A stretch of DNA of 63,526 nt, the filler included, from Octopus bimaculoides (lineage: Eukaryota), in the NCBI RefSeq assembly GCF_001194135.2. It is 4 parts of 4 records of this genome, joined end to end, with 100 filler letters (N's around TTAATTAATTAA, not from the genome) between each part and the next. Parts side by side here need not be neighbours in the genome. Positions count along the whole stretch, not along the records: positions 49,097 to 56,671 come from NC_068981.1; positions 56,772 to 63,526 come from NC_068988.1; 2 more parts are not named here. The stretch is one strand, 5' to 3'. Every line of letters starts with the position of its first letter. The first letter of the stretch is position 1. The position numbers were made by a program, and so were the translations under genes. The notes beneath the pieces were generated by a model. It saw only the letters and a program-made list of their open reading frames with translations, searched no databases and was not told the DNA's origin. Below are positions 52,954-63,526 of the stretch, one piece after another.

Positions 52954-53277
52954 GATCTTAGCACCGTTAGTTTGAATACCGCCGAATGAGATGGTACAGC
53001 CGTAATGAGATGAGAGGAAGTTCATCTGATATAAAGGAGATGGTAGTACCGTAGCTTGTTGTTGCCAAGCTTATGTGCATAAGGAGCGATAACATGGTCA
53101 TTGGTGAGGTTTGAATCCATACGTGAAATTTGAACTCACAACGCAAACAACCGGAACATATAACGTAAAGTATCTCGTCTGTCGCACTAACAATTGCCCA
53201 ATCCACCTTTCTGGGTCACCAAAAGAATGAAATGCAAAGATTATTTCGGCGGCATTCAAACTCACGGTGCTAAGATC
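52954..53277. mobile_element. TTAA-flanked MITE with about 33-bp TIRs, Kolobok-like termini
   Basis: TTAA|GATCTTAGCACCGTTAGTTTGAATACCGCCGAA ... TTCGGCGGCATTCAAACTCACGGTGCTAAGATC|TTAA, 2 mismatches. Termini are GA...TC. Confidence 0.75.
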
Positions 53278-53954
53278 TTAAACAATTAATACACGACATT
53301 CTATCTGATGCTTTACTGATTAATACGACGCTCTATCTGATGCTTTACTGATGTTTTACTGATTAATTAAACTTAGAAATAATTTACTGCTTTGTTGAGA
53401 TTGCAATACTAAACGCTGGAAAGGCGAGCTTGCAGCATCATAAGAGCCTTCGGGAAAAATATGCGTTGCGGTATTTCTACAGACTCTTTACATTCGGAGA
53501 TCAAATTCCGCCGAGGTCAACCTTGTCTTTCATCTTTTCGGGGTTGGTAGAATAAGTAACAGCCGAGGACTTGTGTCGATGTAATCGACTACCCCTTTTT
53601 CTTAAAATCGCTGGCTTTGTGCCAATATTAGAGCGAATTAATTTAACCGTCGAATAAATATTGAGGTCTAAGTTTGTTTCACAAGCTCATCATGAATGTA
53701 GTTCGTCCTCTATCATGAGAGATTTACTACACTACTGTATTTTGGAGGAAAACAAAATTAGGAAAGTTATCATGATTTCTGTATTAAAACCACACAACAT
53801 ATCCAGTGACCAAACAATTATTGTCTTTGTTTATATTCCATTTATGGATTTGATTTCTTGATTGGATGTCTGCTCCAGAATATTATTAATAGAATTTATT
53901 GAAGCACATAAGTCTAAATTGTTTTTATAATCAATGGTTAATAATAATAATTAT

Positions 53955-53988
<34 letters not shown>

Positions 53989-53999
53989 ACAACAACGAC

Positions 54000-54059
<60 letters not shown>

Positions 54060-54809
54060 GATAATAATAATTATTGTTATTATTATTATTATAGATTTAT
54101 TTTTCAGAACGTTCGGTCTTGTTTGTTCTGGTAGATTCTGTGAGAGCGGATAGCAGCCTCGTATCAGAGCTCTTACAGGGTCTCTTTCCGCACATTATAA
54201 GCTTTGATACTTGGTTGTTAATTATCGTGAGAAACATTCAACATCCAAGTACCAATCTCAAAATCCTAGTTGTCCCCAGCTATTATTATTATGGTGGACC
54301 TATTTGAAAGGGCTAAAGTCAGACACTTTCCTCTTTGGCCAAGGCCTCATCAACTTTTTCAAGTTTCACTTGAAAAGGAAGCTGAGAGTAGAGAGGGAAG
54401 TGCTGTCTCATAGCAAATTTGTTGAAAGATGGGTGACTGTTGGAAGAATGGCCAGTATAAACGGACCAATTCTGAGAATACACCTGTAGAAAAAAAGGTA
54501 ATGTAAAAGGAGAAAGGGCTCTATACTCCTTTCTTACTTTTTCTGACTAGGCTCCCGTGGTTTTATGGGTTTTTCCACGTGTAACCTTTTCTTTATCGAA
54601 GCGCCTCCCACTTTTGGGAGTTTTATTTATTTATTTATTTGTTATATCTTTCTCCGTTTTTTACACCAACGTTTTTCTACTTTTCGGACAAAACCTCTTG
54701 TAACCTTCGTCCTGTCTTTGTCCTTACATGTTTTTGATTGATATTAGCCCTTTTGGCCAATAAAACGAATTAATTAATTATTATTATTATTATTAATAAT
54801 AATAATACT

Positions 54810-55312
54810 CAATCTGCATGTTTGTTACAATCACTTACCGAGACACACTCAGTGTCTTAGGTCAAGTGAAGGGTAAGCGATGTTACAGTATAACTGAAAG
54901 CTTCGGGAAGGGGAAGTAGCAGGGGCAGTAGCGAAATATCTTCATGTCATACAACACACATCTAAATTGATAGGCTTTTCTAAGGATGTGGACAGTACTT
55001 GTCAGCACAATCTTTTGGATTTCTCTGACACATGGTTCTCCTGGGATATTATCTAGATGTTTTTGATATTACTTTCTTACCATGCTTAGGATACCCACAA
55101 TAACAGGAACAATTCTCGCTTTGAGATGCCACATCCTTTGTATTTCAATTTACAGGTCCTTATATTTACATAATTTGTGAAATTCCTTTACAGACATATT
55201 TTTATCAGTGGAAACACTTACATCTATTAGTCTACAAGTATTTTCTTTTGTGTCTTGTCGATTAGTCCGGACCGTTCCATCGGTGTTGACTGGAAAATCC
55301 CAGAGGTTAGTA
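54810..55312 (-). mobile_element. R4/Dong-clade non-LTR retrotransposon 3' fragment (RLE endonuclease)
   Basis: Minus strand LWDFPVNTD...CRLIDVSVSTDKN...KYKDL*IEIQRMWHLKARIVPVIVGILSMV...EIQKIVLTSTVHILRK. Adjacent to (TAA)n/(ATT)n runs. Confidence 0.85.
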
Positions 55313-55367
55313 ATATTATTACCTTCAACGACTAGCTCAGAATGATGTTCATACTAGGATGTTGTTG

Positions 55368-55461
<94 letters not shown>

Positions 55462-55511
55462 TATTGTAATTTTTGTTTTTATTATTTTTCTATCACATGT
55501 TATTGTTGTTA

Positions 55512-55584
<73 letters not shown>

Positions 55585-56623
55585 GTCAAGGCGGCAGAAT
55601 CGTTAGCGCACCGGGCAAAATGATTAGAGGCATTTCGTCCGTCTTTAAATAATTTGCACAAAGCCCAGTGTGAAGAGCATAAAATATGTTTATACTCATA
55701 GACGTCGAGCAACGCTATTTCTTTCAGATATTGTTTGGCACAATAGTTAGTGCTCTAAGTACAAGAGTGGTAGAGCGACGGGGATACAAAAAGTTATTTT
55801 ATGGTTTAGTTACGCCCTGTTGGATTTCGATTTAAATACTCACTGAGTTTTCCGTCTCTTCTTTCTTGTGATATATTTTCCTATATCTATACACATGTGT
55901 AAGCACCAGTGAAATACCGGTATTGATATAATCGATAATACTCTCACCCATGTCAGATTTGTAGTCCTTATCTCTAAGATAAATAAGAGACTTGATTTTC
56001 GCTCTCTCTTTCTCCCTCTCTCTCTCTCCACACACATATTTGCAGTGTAATATATGGATTCATAGAATCATGAGGCTATCACAGAAAGCTCTTCTAACGA
56101 ATTCATACTAATCCAATGAGGATGAGTGTAATGGAGAGTTCCATGCAGCTGAAATCCGGAAGATCCGATCGATGATATTATTTCACGAATAATATATAAA
56201 TCAAAGTACGTCAAGAGATCTGAGACGTGAATATGTTTATTCAACCACTTGTCATACTTAGGGTTGCGGTCATTTCGTAACCTTCTTTATGCAATAATAT
56301 TTTCAGTGTATAAATAATTTATTATACACAGAAATTCTTATTATATGAGGAAGGCTGTGAAACAGCTGTAACCCAAAGGATGACAAGTGGTTAAATAAAT
56401 ATAGTCACCTCTCATATCTCCTGGCTTTTTATGGTTTATATACATGTGTGCGTGTGCGTGCGTGTGTGTTTGTGTGCGTGTGTTTGTGTGTGTGTGTGCA
56501 TATATGTATGTATGTGTATATAGTATGTGTATGTATATAAGTATATATACATATTATATATATACATATATATATAATATATATATATTTTTTATTTAAA
56601 AGCAGCAGAAATATAAAAAAACC

Positions 56624-56661
56624 CCGTTACTCTGAGTTTCACGTTCCCGTTCATCGGACAG
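56624..56661 (-). ncRNA. Candidate minimal type I hammerhead ribozyme (C4 variant)
   Basis: Minus strand CTGT-CCGATGA-ACG-GGAA-CGT-GAAA-CTCAGAG-T-A-ACGG. Stems I, II and III all pair, with a GUA cleavage triplet. Confidence 0.55.
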
Positions 56662-56671
56662 TATATATATA

Positions 56672-56771
56672 NNNNNNNNNNNNNNNNNNNNNNNNNNNNN
56701 NNNNNNNNNNNNNNNTTAATTAATTAANNNNNNNNNNNNNNNNNNNNNNNNNNNNNNNNNNNNNNNNNNNN
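56672..56771. other. Artificial scaffold join: 44 N + TTAATTAATTAA + 44 N
   Basis: Counted directly; third identical construct. Confidence 0.93.
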
Positions 56772-56812
<41 letters not shown>

Positions 56813-57172
56813 GTTTGTGTGCCTGTGTTTGTCCCCAACACCGCTTGACAACCGATGCGGGTGTGTTTACGTCCCCGGTTCGGCAAAAGAGATCGATAGA
56901 ATAAGTACTAGGCTTACAAAGAATAAGTCCTGGGGTCGATTTGCTCGACTAAAGGCGGTGTTCCAGCATGGCAACAGTGAAATGACTAAAACATGTAAAA
57001 GAGTAAAAGAGAGAGTAAAAGAGTATATGCATGTATACACACACACATGTTTACATATAGTTGTGTGTTTGTATATAGGTATGCATGCGTGCATATATTA
57101 TACACATATATATATTTACGTATATAGATATGTATGCATATATATGTATCTATATATATATATACATATATA

Positions 57173-57216
<44 letters not shown>

Positions 57217-57496
57217 TACATTTATATACACGTATATACACACACACATATATATACATATATACAGAAATGCACATATATACATATATGTACATTTACA
57301 CATGTATAAACACATATATAATATATACTCACATATACACATATATACATACATACGCATATATGTATATGTATGTATGTATACATTCTCACCCCTGTTC
57401 TCCCAACATATTTGTTGTGTACACCTAAAGTTGCTGAATTCAAAGGAGAACTTAATTGACAAATTCTTCTTATGGACACTGTCTTTCCAAATATTG

Positions 57497-57548
<52 letters not shown>

Positions 57549-58202
57549 TCTTTGACTGACTATGCATGTCTGAATCCATATATGCCTTTGTTAGAAGAAT
57601 GTGTACATCACGATTTGTGGTGTGTACAGAGAAAATTTTTGTCCTTGCCTGCATAGAGTGTGTTAGTGAGTATGGGTTAACAAGAGGAATGCGAGCAAAT
57701 AAAACAAGAAACCGCCGTTATAATAGGTGATAATAATCATTAGTCAACAAAATTAATCGTTTGTCAACAATATTAACTATTAGTCAGCAAAATATATATC
57801 TGTTTCTTTGCTGAAGTTTTAGAAAAATCCGTGGTAATCTCTAAGGATATTAAGATGAAAGAGAATTTCAATATCATAAGGCTCAATTTATAGTGATTAT
57901 CCATTCATTGTGATCTTACAACAAAGTACAAGACGGATTTCACAGTCCATCACAACCATAAATGGAGCCTCGACACGGGCACTCGATCTGCTAGAAGCCA
58001 AATCACATCCAACTCACCTCCTACCCTCTTAAAGAAATAAGAATACATTAGATGATGTATTCCAAGATACATTATGTCAGGAATATGAAAAATAGATGGT
58101 ATTGTCACGAGTAAACATCTTTCATTATAGATCTGATTAACATAGGGTTAACAATTAACATAGGGTTAAGACATCCACATCAGCAGATCCTCACCTTTCC
58201 CC

Positions 58203-58348
<146 letters not shown>

Positions 58349-58849
58349 AACCATCGAAAGAAAAGAAAATAAAGATTCTCTGAAAGAATGATGATAATGA
58401 TGAGGTGGCGGAGGAGTAGGATGACGACAACGACGATGATGGTAGTGGTGATGATGGATCTTCATATTAGTAAAATATCTTACATTTATTAGGGAGGCGA
58501 TTGGAAGAACTACCATATCACCTTAACTGGAGTTGAGGTCTAGAGACACCCAGTGGATGTTCAACAAACTCATTTAACTAGCAGCACCACCACCACTAAA
58601 GGCGCTGAGTGTTAACAAACACTGAATATCTCAAACCAGGCAAGACAACTCACCCCTATTTATATCTTTTACTTGTTTATGTCACTGGATTGTGCACCGC
58701 CTCGAAGGGTTTAGTCAAGTAAATGGACTCTAGTACTTATTCTTGCTTAAGTCTGGTACTTATTTAATCGGTTTCTTGCCGATCCGCTAAGTGACGGGGG
58801 AAAACATAGACACACATAAATGTATGCATATGTATATACATATACACAG

Positions 58850-59225
58850 ACATGACAGATGTAAATAGACACCCATATATTCGTAAAATTTTTTAAAACC
58901 TGAAATTATTGTTTTCAAATAACTTATTAATTATTATAATCTAATATTTAGTAGACATGCCCTTTGCATTTTTCAGTGCAAGGACCCTATTAGGCATGCT
59001 ACTGATCAGATGACGATTATTCTCTTCAGGAATTTCTTGTCAAGTTTCATGCAGTAATCTCAAGAGATCTGGCTCTGATGATGCTGTCCCAGAGGTGTTC
59101 AATAGGGTTCATATCTAGTGACTGGCTCGGCCATGGAAGCTTTTTAATGCCATTCTCTTCCAACGTATCTTGCGTCTTTTAGTCGTGTGACAAAGAGGCC
59201 CATCTTCCATAAATAAAGAGTCTTC
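58850..59225 (-). mobile_element. Tc1-like (DD34E) transposase 3' remnant
   Basis: Minus strand LFMEDGPLCHTTKR-QDTLEENGIKKLPWPSQSLDMNPIEHLWDSII matches the Tc1 FMQD.APCH/WPSQSPD.NPIEHLW motifs. The left boundary is approximate. Confidence 0.8.
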
Positions 59226-59269
59226 TTTAATTATTTCATTACTGGAGAAAATTGGAAGGAGATAAATAT

Positions 59270-60120
59270 ATAGCCCAACTGAAGAATAAATCAAGATTAG
59301 GGCTCTGGTCTATTACACAAGAAGCTATCAATCGGTTTAATAGAATAGATAATAAGGATGGACATATACAGGTAGATATAAACGATTATTACTCTTCAAT
59401 AAACCCCATAGTACTAAATAGTGCTCTCATCTTTGCTATATCTCGCAAAGAAATTAATATTATAATCACAGCAGGCAAATCATTAAATTTGACCACAAAT
59501 ACTGAGCTAGAAAGGGCACACCCAATTACTTTGACATAGCTATGAGCTCGACTGATTCGGCTCAAATGACCGATATTGTAGGAATATATATTCTAAATAA
59601 GTTCAATAGTGAATTTACAGAAATAGGCGGAGGATCATATCGAGACGATGCATTATTTATAATTAAAACTACCAGTAACAGAAAATTAAAAAATTACAAG
59701 AAAAAATTTCACAAATTCTTTAGTACGTTTGTTCTTAAAATTTCTGTAGAAAACTAGCATAACTTTCTAGATATTAATTTTAATTTACTCACAGGTAACT
59801 ATGCACCATACCACAAACCTAATTCAAAGTTGACATATATTAATTATGAAAGTAATCATCCCAAAACAATCACTAAATATTTAGTTGAAAATATTCAACG
59901 CAGAATTATTTACCTCTCATCTAGTCAAGAAATTAAAAATATAAATAAGGATTATTATAACTCAGCATTATCTAGGGCAGGATATACACAGGAAATTAAA
60001 TTTGAAACAAATAATGATAAGCCGCAGACAGACAACCAGTTAAATGATGAATTGTTTAAAGATAAACCAATAATTAGCATTAATAAGCATAACAATAGAA
60101 ATTTTAAAAATCATTCCAAT
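59270..60120 (+). mobile_element. Penelope-like element, reverse transcriptase remnant
   Basis: Frameshifted IQVDINDYYSSI...FDIAMSSTDSAQMTDIVGIYIL...GGSYRDDALF...NFLDINFNL..GNYAPYHKPNSKLTYINYESNHPKTITKYLVENIQRRI, with YRDD and the PLE-specific SNHP motif. Confidence 0.88.
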
Positions 60121-60148
60121 AATAATAATTATTATAATAGTAGTAGTA

Positions 60149-60220
<72 letters not shown>

Positions 60221-60223
<3 letters not shown>

Positions 60224-60834
60224 GCGAAAGAAATAGACAGAGAAAAATCCCAGCAATGGCTGAGAAGCTCAGGGCTCAAAGCAGAGACTGAAGNNNNNNN
60301 NNNNNNNNNNNNNNNNNNNNNNNNNNNNNNNNNNNNNNNNNNNNNNNNNNNNNNNNNNNNNNNNNNNNNNNNNNNNNNNNNNNNNNNNNNNNNNNNNNNN
60401 NNNNNNNNNNNNNNNNNNNNNNNNNNNNNNNNNNNNNNNNNNNNNNNNNNNNNNNNNNNNNNNNNNNNNNNNNNNNNNNNNNNNNNNNNNNNNNNNNNNN
60501 NNNNNNNNNNNGGAAAAACTTTCAAAATACAAAGACCTGGAAATAGAGATAACTCGAATGTGGAGTCTAAAAACAGAAACAATTCCTATCATAGTAGGTG
60601 CCTTAGGTATAATTAAAAAATACTCAGACAAATACATAACAAAAATACCAGGACTTACAAATATATGTAACATACAGAAAATTGCACTACTGGGTACTGC
60701 ACACATTCTACGCAAAACACTTTCAATACAGTAAACATAAAAGCACCACAGCAAACCACAGCACATACCCAAGGCGCACAGAGCTGCGCTCGGTAGTGAA
60801 GTGAAAGCACGTTATAAAAATAAAACTACTGAAC
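60221..60834 (+). mobile_element. R4/Dong-clade non-LTR retrotransposon 3' fragment inserted in (AAT)n
   Basis: NAKEIDREKSQQWLRSSGLKAETE[gap]KLSKYKDLEIEITRMWSLKTETIPIIVGALGIIKK...IQKIALLGTAHILRKTLSIQ* (stop 60732-34), then a short 3' UTR. (AAT)n lies on both sides. Confidence 0.9.
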
Positions 60835-61015
60835 AATAATAATAATAATAATAATAATAACAATAATAATAAAAATACGAATCTCAATCAACATGAATCC
60901 AACTAATAAATACTTAAAACGTAAGAAACACATTCCTTATATAAAACATACAAAACGCCACAAAAAATAATAACAACAACAACAACAACAATAATAATAA
61001 TATTAATAATAATAA

Positions 61016-61091
<76 letters not shown>

Positions 61092-61092
<1 letters not shown>

Positions 61093-62407
61093 TTTGACTT
61101 ATCTTACCTTATGGAATGCAGATAAGGACAAACCTTATCGGAGTAATCCTAATAGATAAGCATTTCACTTCCAGCATATAGAGTACTATAATTAATAATA
61201 GATCGGATTTTCCGTAGCCAAAAACCTATTTAGGCATATACCATCTTCTAATAATGTTAAACTTGATGAATATTACACAAATAGAAACAATCCCCCTCCA
61301 ACTAAGAATACAAACAATATGATAATAACCAGAAATGACACGAATATTATACCTAGACTACACAAGAGCAGTAGTACAAACACAATTAACACATCTAATA
61401 ATGATCTAAATGATTTATGTGACTGTTGAGTTNNNNNNNNNNNNNNNNNNNNNNNNNNNNNNNNNNNNNNNNNNNNNNNNNNNNNNNNNNNNNNNNNNNN
61501 NNNNNNNNNNNNNNNNNNNNNNNNNNNNNNNNNNNNNNNNNNNNNNNNNNNNNNNNNNNNNNNNNNNNNNNNNNNNNNNNNNNNNNNNNNNNNNNNNNNN
61601 NNNNNNNNNNNNNNNNNNNNNNNNNNNNNNNNNNNNNNNNNNNNNNNNNNNNNNNNNNNNNNNNNNNNNNNNNNNNNNNNNNNNNNNNNNNNNNNNNNNN
61701 NNNNNNNNNNNNNNNNNNNNNNNNNNNNNNNNNNNNNNNNNNNNNNNNNNNNNNNNNNNNNNNNNNNNNNNNNNNNNNNNNNNNNNNNNNNNNNNNNNNN
61801 NNNNNNNNNNNNNNNNNNNNNNNNNNNNNNNNNNNNNNNNNNNNNNNNNNNNNNNNNNNNNNNNNNNNNNNNNNNNNNNNNNNNNNNNNNNNNNNNNNNN
61901 NNNNNNNNNNNNNNNNNNNNNNNNNNNNNNNNNNNNNNNNNNNNNNNNNNNNNNNNNNNNNNNNNNNNNNNNNNNNNNNNNNNNNNNNNNNNNNNNNNNN
62001 NNNNNNNNNNNNNNNNNNNNNNNNNNNNNNNNNNNNNNNNNNNNNNNNNNNNNNNNNNNNNNNNNNNNNNNNNNNNNNNNNNNNNNNNNNNNNNNNNNNN
62101 NNNNNNNNNNNNNNNNNNNNNNNNNNNNNNNNNNNNNNNNNNNNNNNNNNNNNNNNNNNNNNNNNNNNNNNNNNNNNNNNNNNNNNNNNNNNNNNNNNNN
62201 NNNNNNNNNNNNNNNNNNNNNNNNNNNNNNNNNNNNNNNNNNNNNNNNNNNNNNNNNNNNNNNNNNNNNNNNNNNNNNNNNNNNNNNNNNNNNNNNNNNN
62301 NNNNNNNNNNNNNNNNNNNNNNNNNNNNNNNNNNNNNNNNNNNNNNNNNNNNNNNNNNNNNNNNNNNNNNNNNNNNNNNNNNNNNNNNNNNNNNNNNNNN
62401 NNNNNNN

Positions 62408-62439
<32 letters not shown>

Positions 62440-63337
62440 AGCTCGTGTGTGTGTGTGTGTGTATGTTTGTGTCTGTGTTTGTCCCCGTAACTTAGCGGTT
62501 CGGCAAAAGAGACCGATATTTATTAAAACAATGATGATAGAAACCATGTTTAATACCATAATATTAGTATAAATTATTACATAGACCTCTCTAATTTTTA
62601 TTCATAATATTCAAAAACTCCAACTTATCCCAGTTTTATACAATAATCTATAATATTTATTTCATTGTTAAATGGAATATACATATATTCTACTTTTATA
62701 CACTTACGACCATTATAATTACCCTTTTCTTCTCAGTAATTTACTTAATAATCCTCTATTTATATTTTTTTCATATAACCCCTATTTATATAAAATGCTA
62801 TTACTAGGACTTTATATCTTTTATTTTATAAAAACTTATAAACCAACATCATCAACTATTGAAACTTAATCTATCTCCATATGCACCTAAAAAAACTCCA
62901 CTCGTGTGTGTGTATATATATATTTGGCTGTGTGGTAAGGCGCGGGAGTGGCTGTGTGGTAAGTAGCTTGCTTACCAACCACATCGTNNNNNNNNNNACT
63001 AAGAATACAAACAATATGATAATAACCAGAAATGACACGAATATTATACCTAGACTACACAAGAGCAGTAGTACAAACACAATTAACACATCTAATAATG
63101 ATCTAAATGATTTATGTGACTGTTGAGTTAAGGCAAATTGTAAATTTAGCAATTACTATAAACGTAGAAACCTAGTATACCAGGCTACAGTTGAAGCCGG
63201 AGGTAAATATTTCTATTATATTGGAGCCACAGCGTATTACTTGAAATCTCGTATCGCTAACCGTGAAGCTTCTTTTAGATATAATAATAAAAGAAATAGC
63301 ACAAGCCTTGGTAAATTTATCTGGAAACTTAAAAAAT
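61092..63337 (+). mobile_element. Penelope-like element, linker and GIY-YIG endonuclease remnants (interrupted by gap and SINEs)
   Basis: 61092-61250 gives LPYGMQIRTNL...LIDKHF. 63105-63337 gives DLCDC*VKANC...LVYQATVEAGGKYFYYIGATAYYLKSRIANREASFRYNNKRNSTSLGKFIWKLK (VYxA...YIG and NSTSLSKYIW-type motifs). Confidence 0.85.
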
Positions 63338-63526
63338 AGGCGCAGGAGTGGCTGTGTGGTAAGTAGCTTGCTTACCAGCCACATGGTTCTGGGTTCATTC
63401 CCACTGCGTGTCACCTTGGGCAAGTGTCTTCTACTATAGCCACGGACCTACCAAAGCCTTGTGAGTGGATTTGGTAGACGGAAACTGAAAGACGCCCGTC
63501 GTATATATATATATATATATATATAT

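Noticed and set aside
62515-62890. G-poor, AT-rich segment resembling a mitochondrial insertion (NUMT)
   Set aside because: Translation with the invertebrate mitochondrial code on both strands gave no recognisable gene or tRNA. BLASTn against octopus mtDNA would be needed.
61301-63129. Identical 132-bp segment at 61301-61432 and 62998-63129
   Set aside because: Both copies abut N gaps, so this is most likely an assembly overlap artefact rather than a PLE terminal repeat.

Overview
Eukaryotic, AT-rich, microsatellite- and retroposon-dense genomic DNA. The SINE/LINE repertoire and gappy short-read style point to an octopus (coleoid cephalopod) assembly; this is inference. The one securely identifiable host gene is RECQL (RecQ1 helicase) on the + strand. 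It has seven GT-AG coding exons between 5314 and 23631 that splice in frame and encode the N-terminal coiled coil and helicase motifs I-VI. Its start-codon exon and 3' exons (Zn-binding/winged-helix) were not found. The gene stops shortly before the first of three artificial 100-bp scaffold joins (44 N + TTAATTAATTAA + 44 N), so the window is probably four stitched scaffolds. The rest is transposon debris: HERO, R4/Dong, RTE and Penelope retroelements, Tc1/mariner, pogo-, Kolobok- and piggyBac-like DNA elements, several tRNA-derived SINE families, and mini/microsatellites. The most interesting signals are: three different Penelope-type minimal hammerhead-ribozyme motifs in small non-autonomous elements (a head-to-head pair with a G3-C8 core swap, one behind a tRNA-like SINE head, and one C4 variant); an RTE LINE with a TSD-flanked 5' inversion; and an old palindrome of about 2.7 kb. 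All alignments and folds were done by eye.
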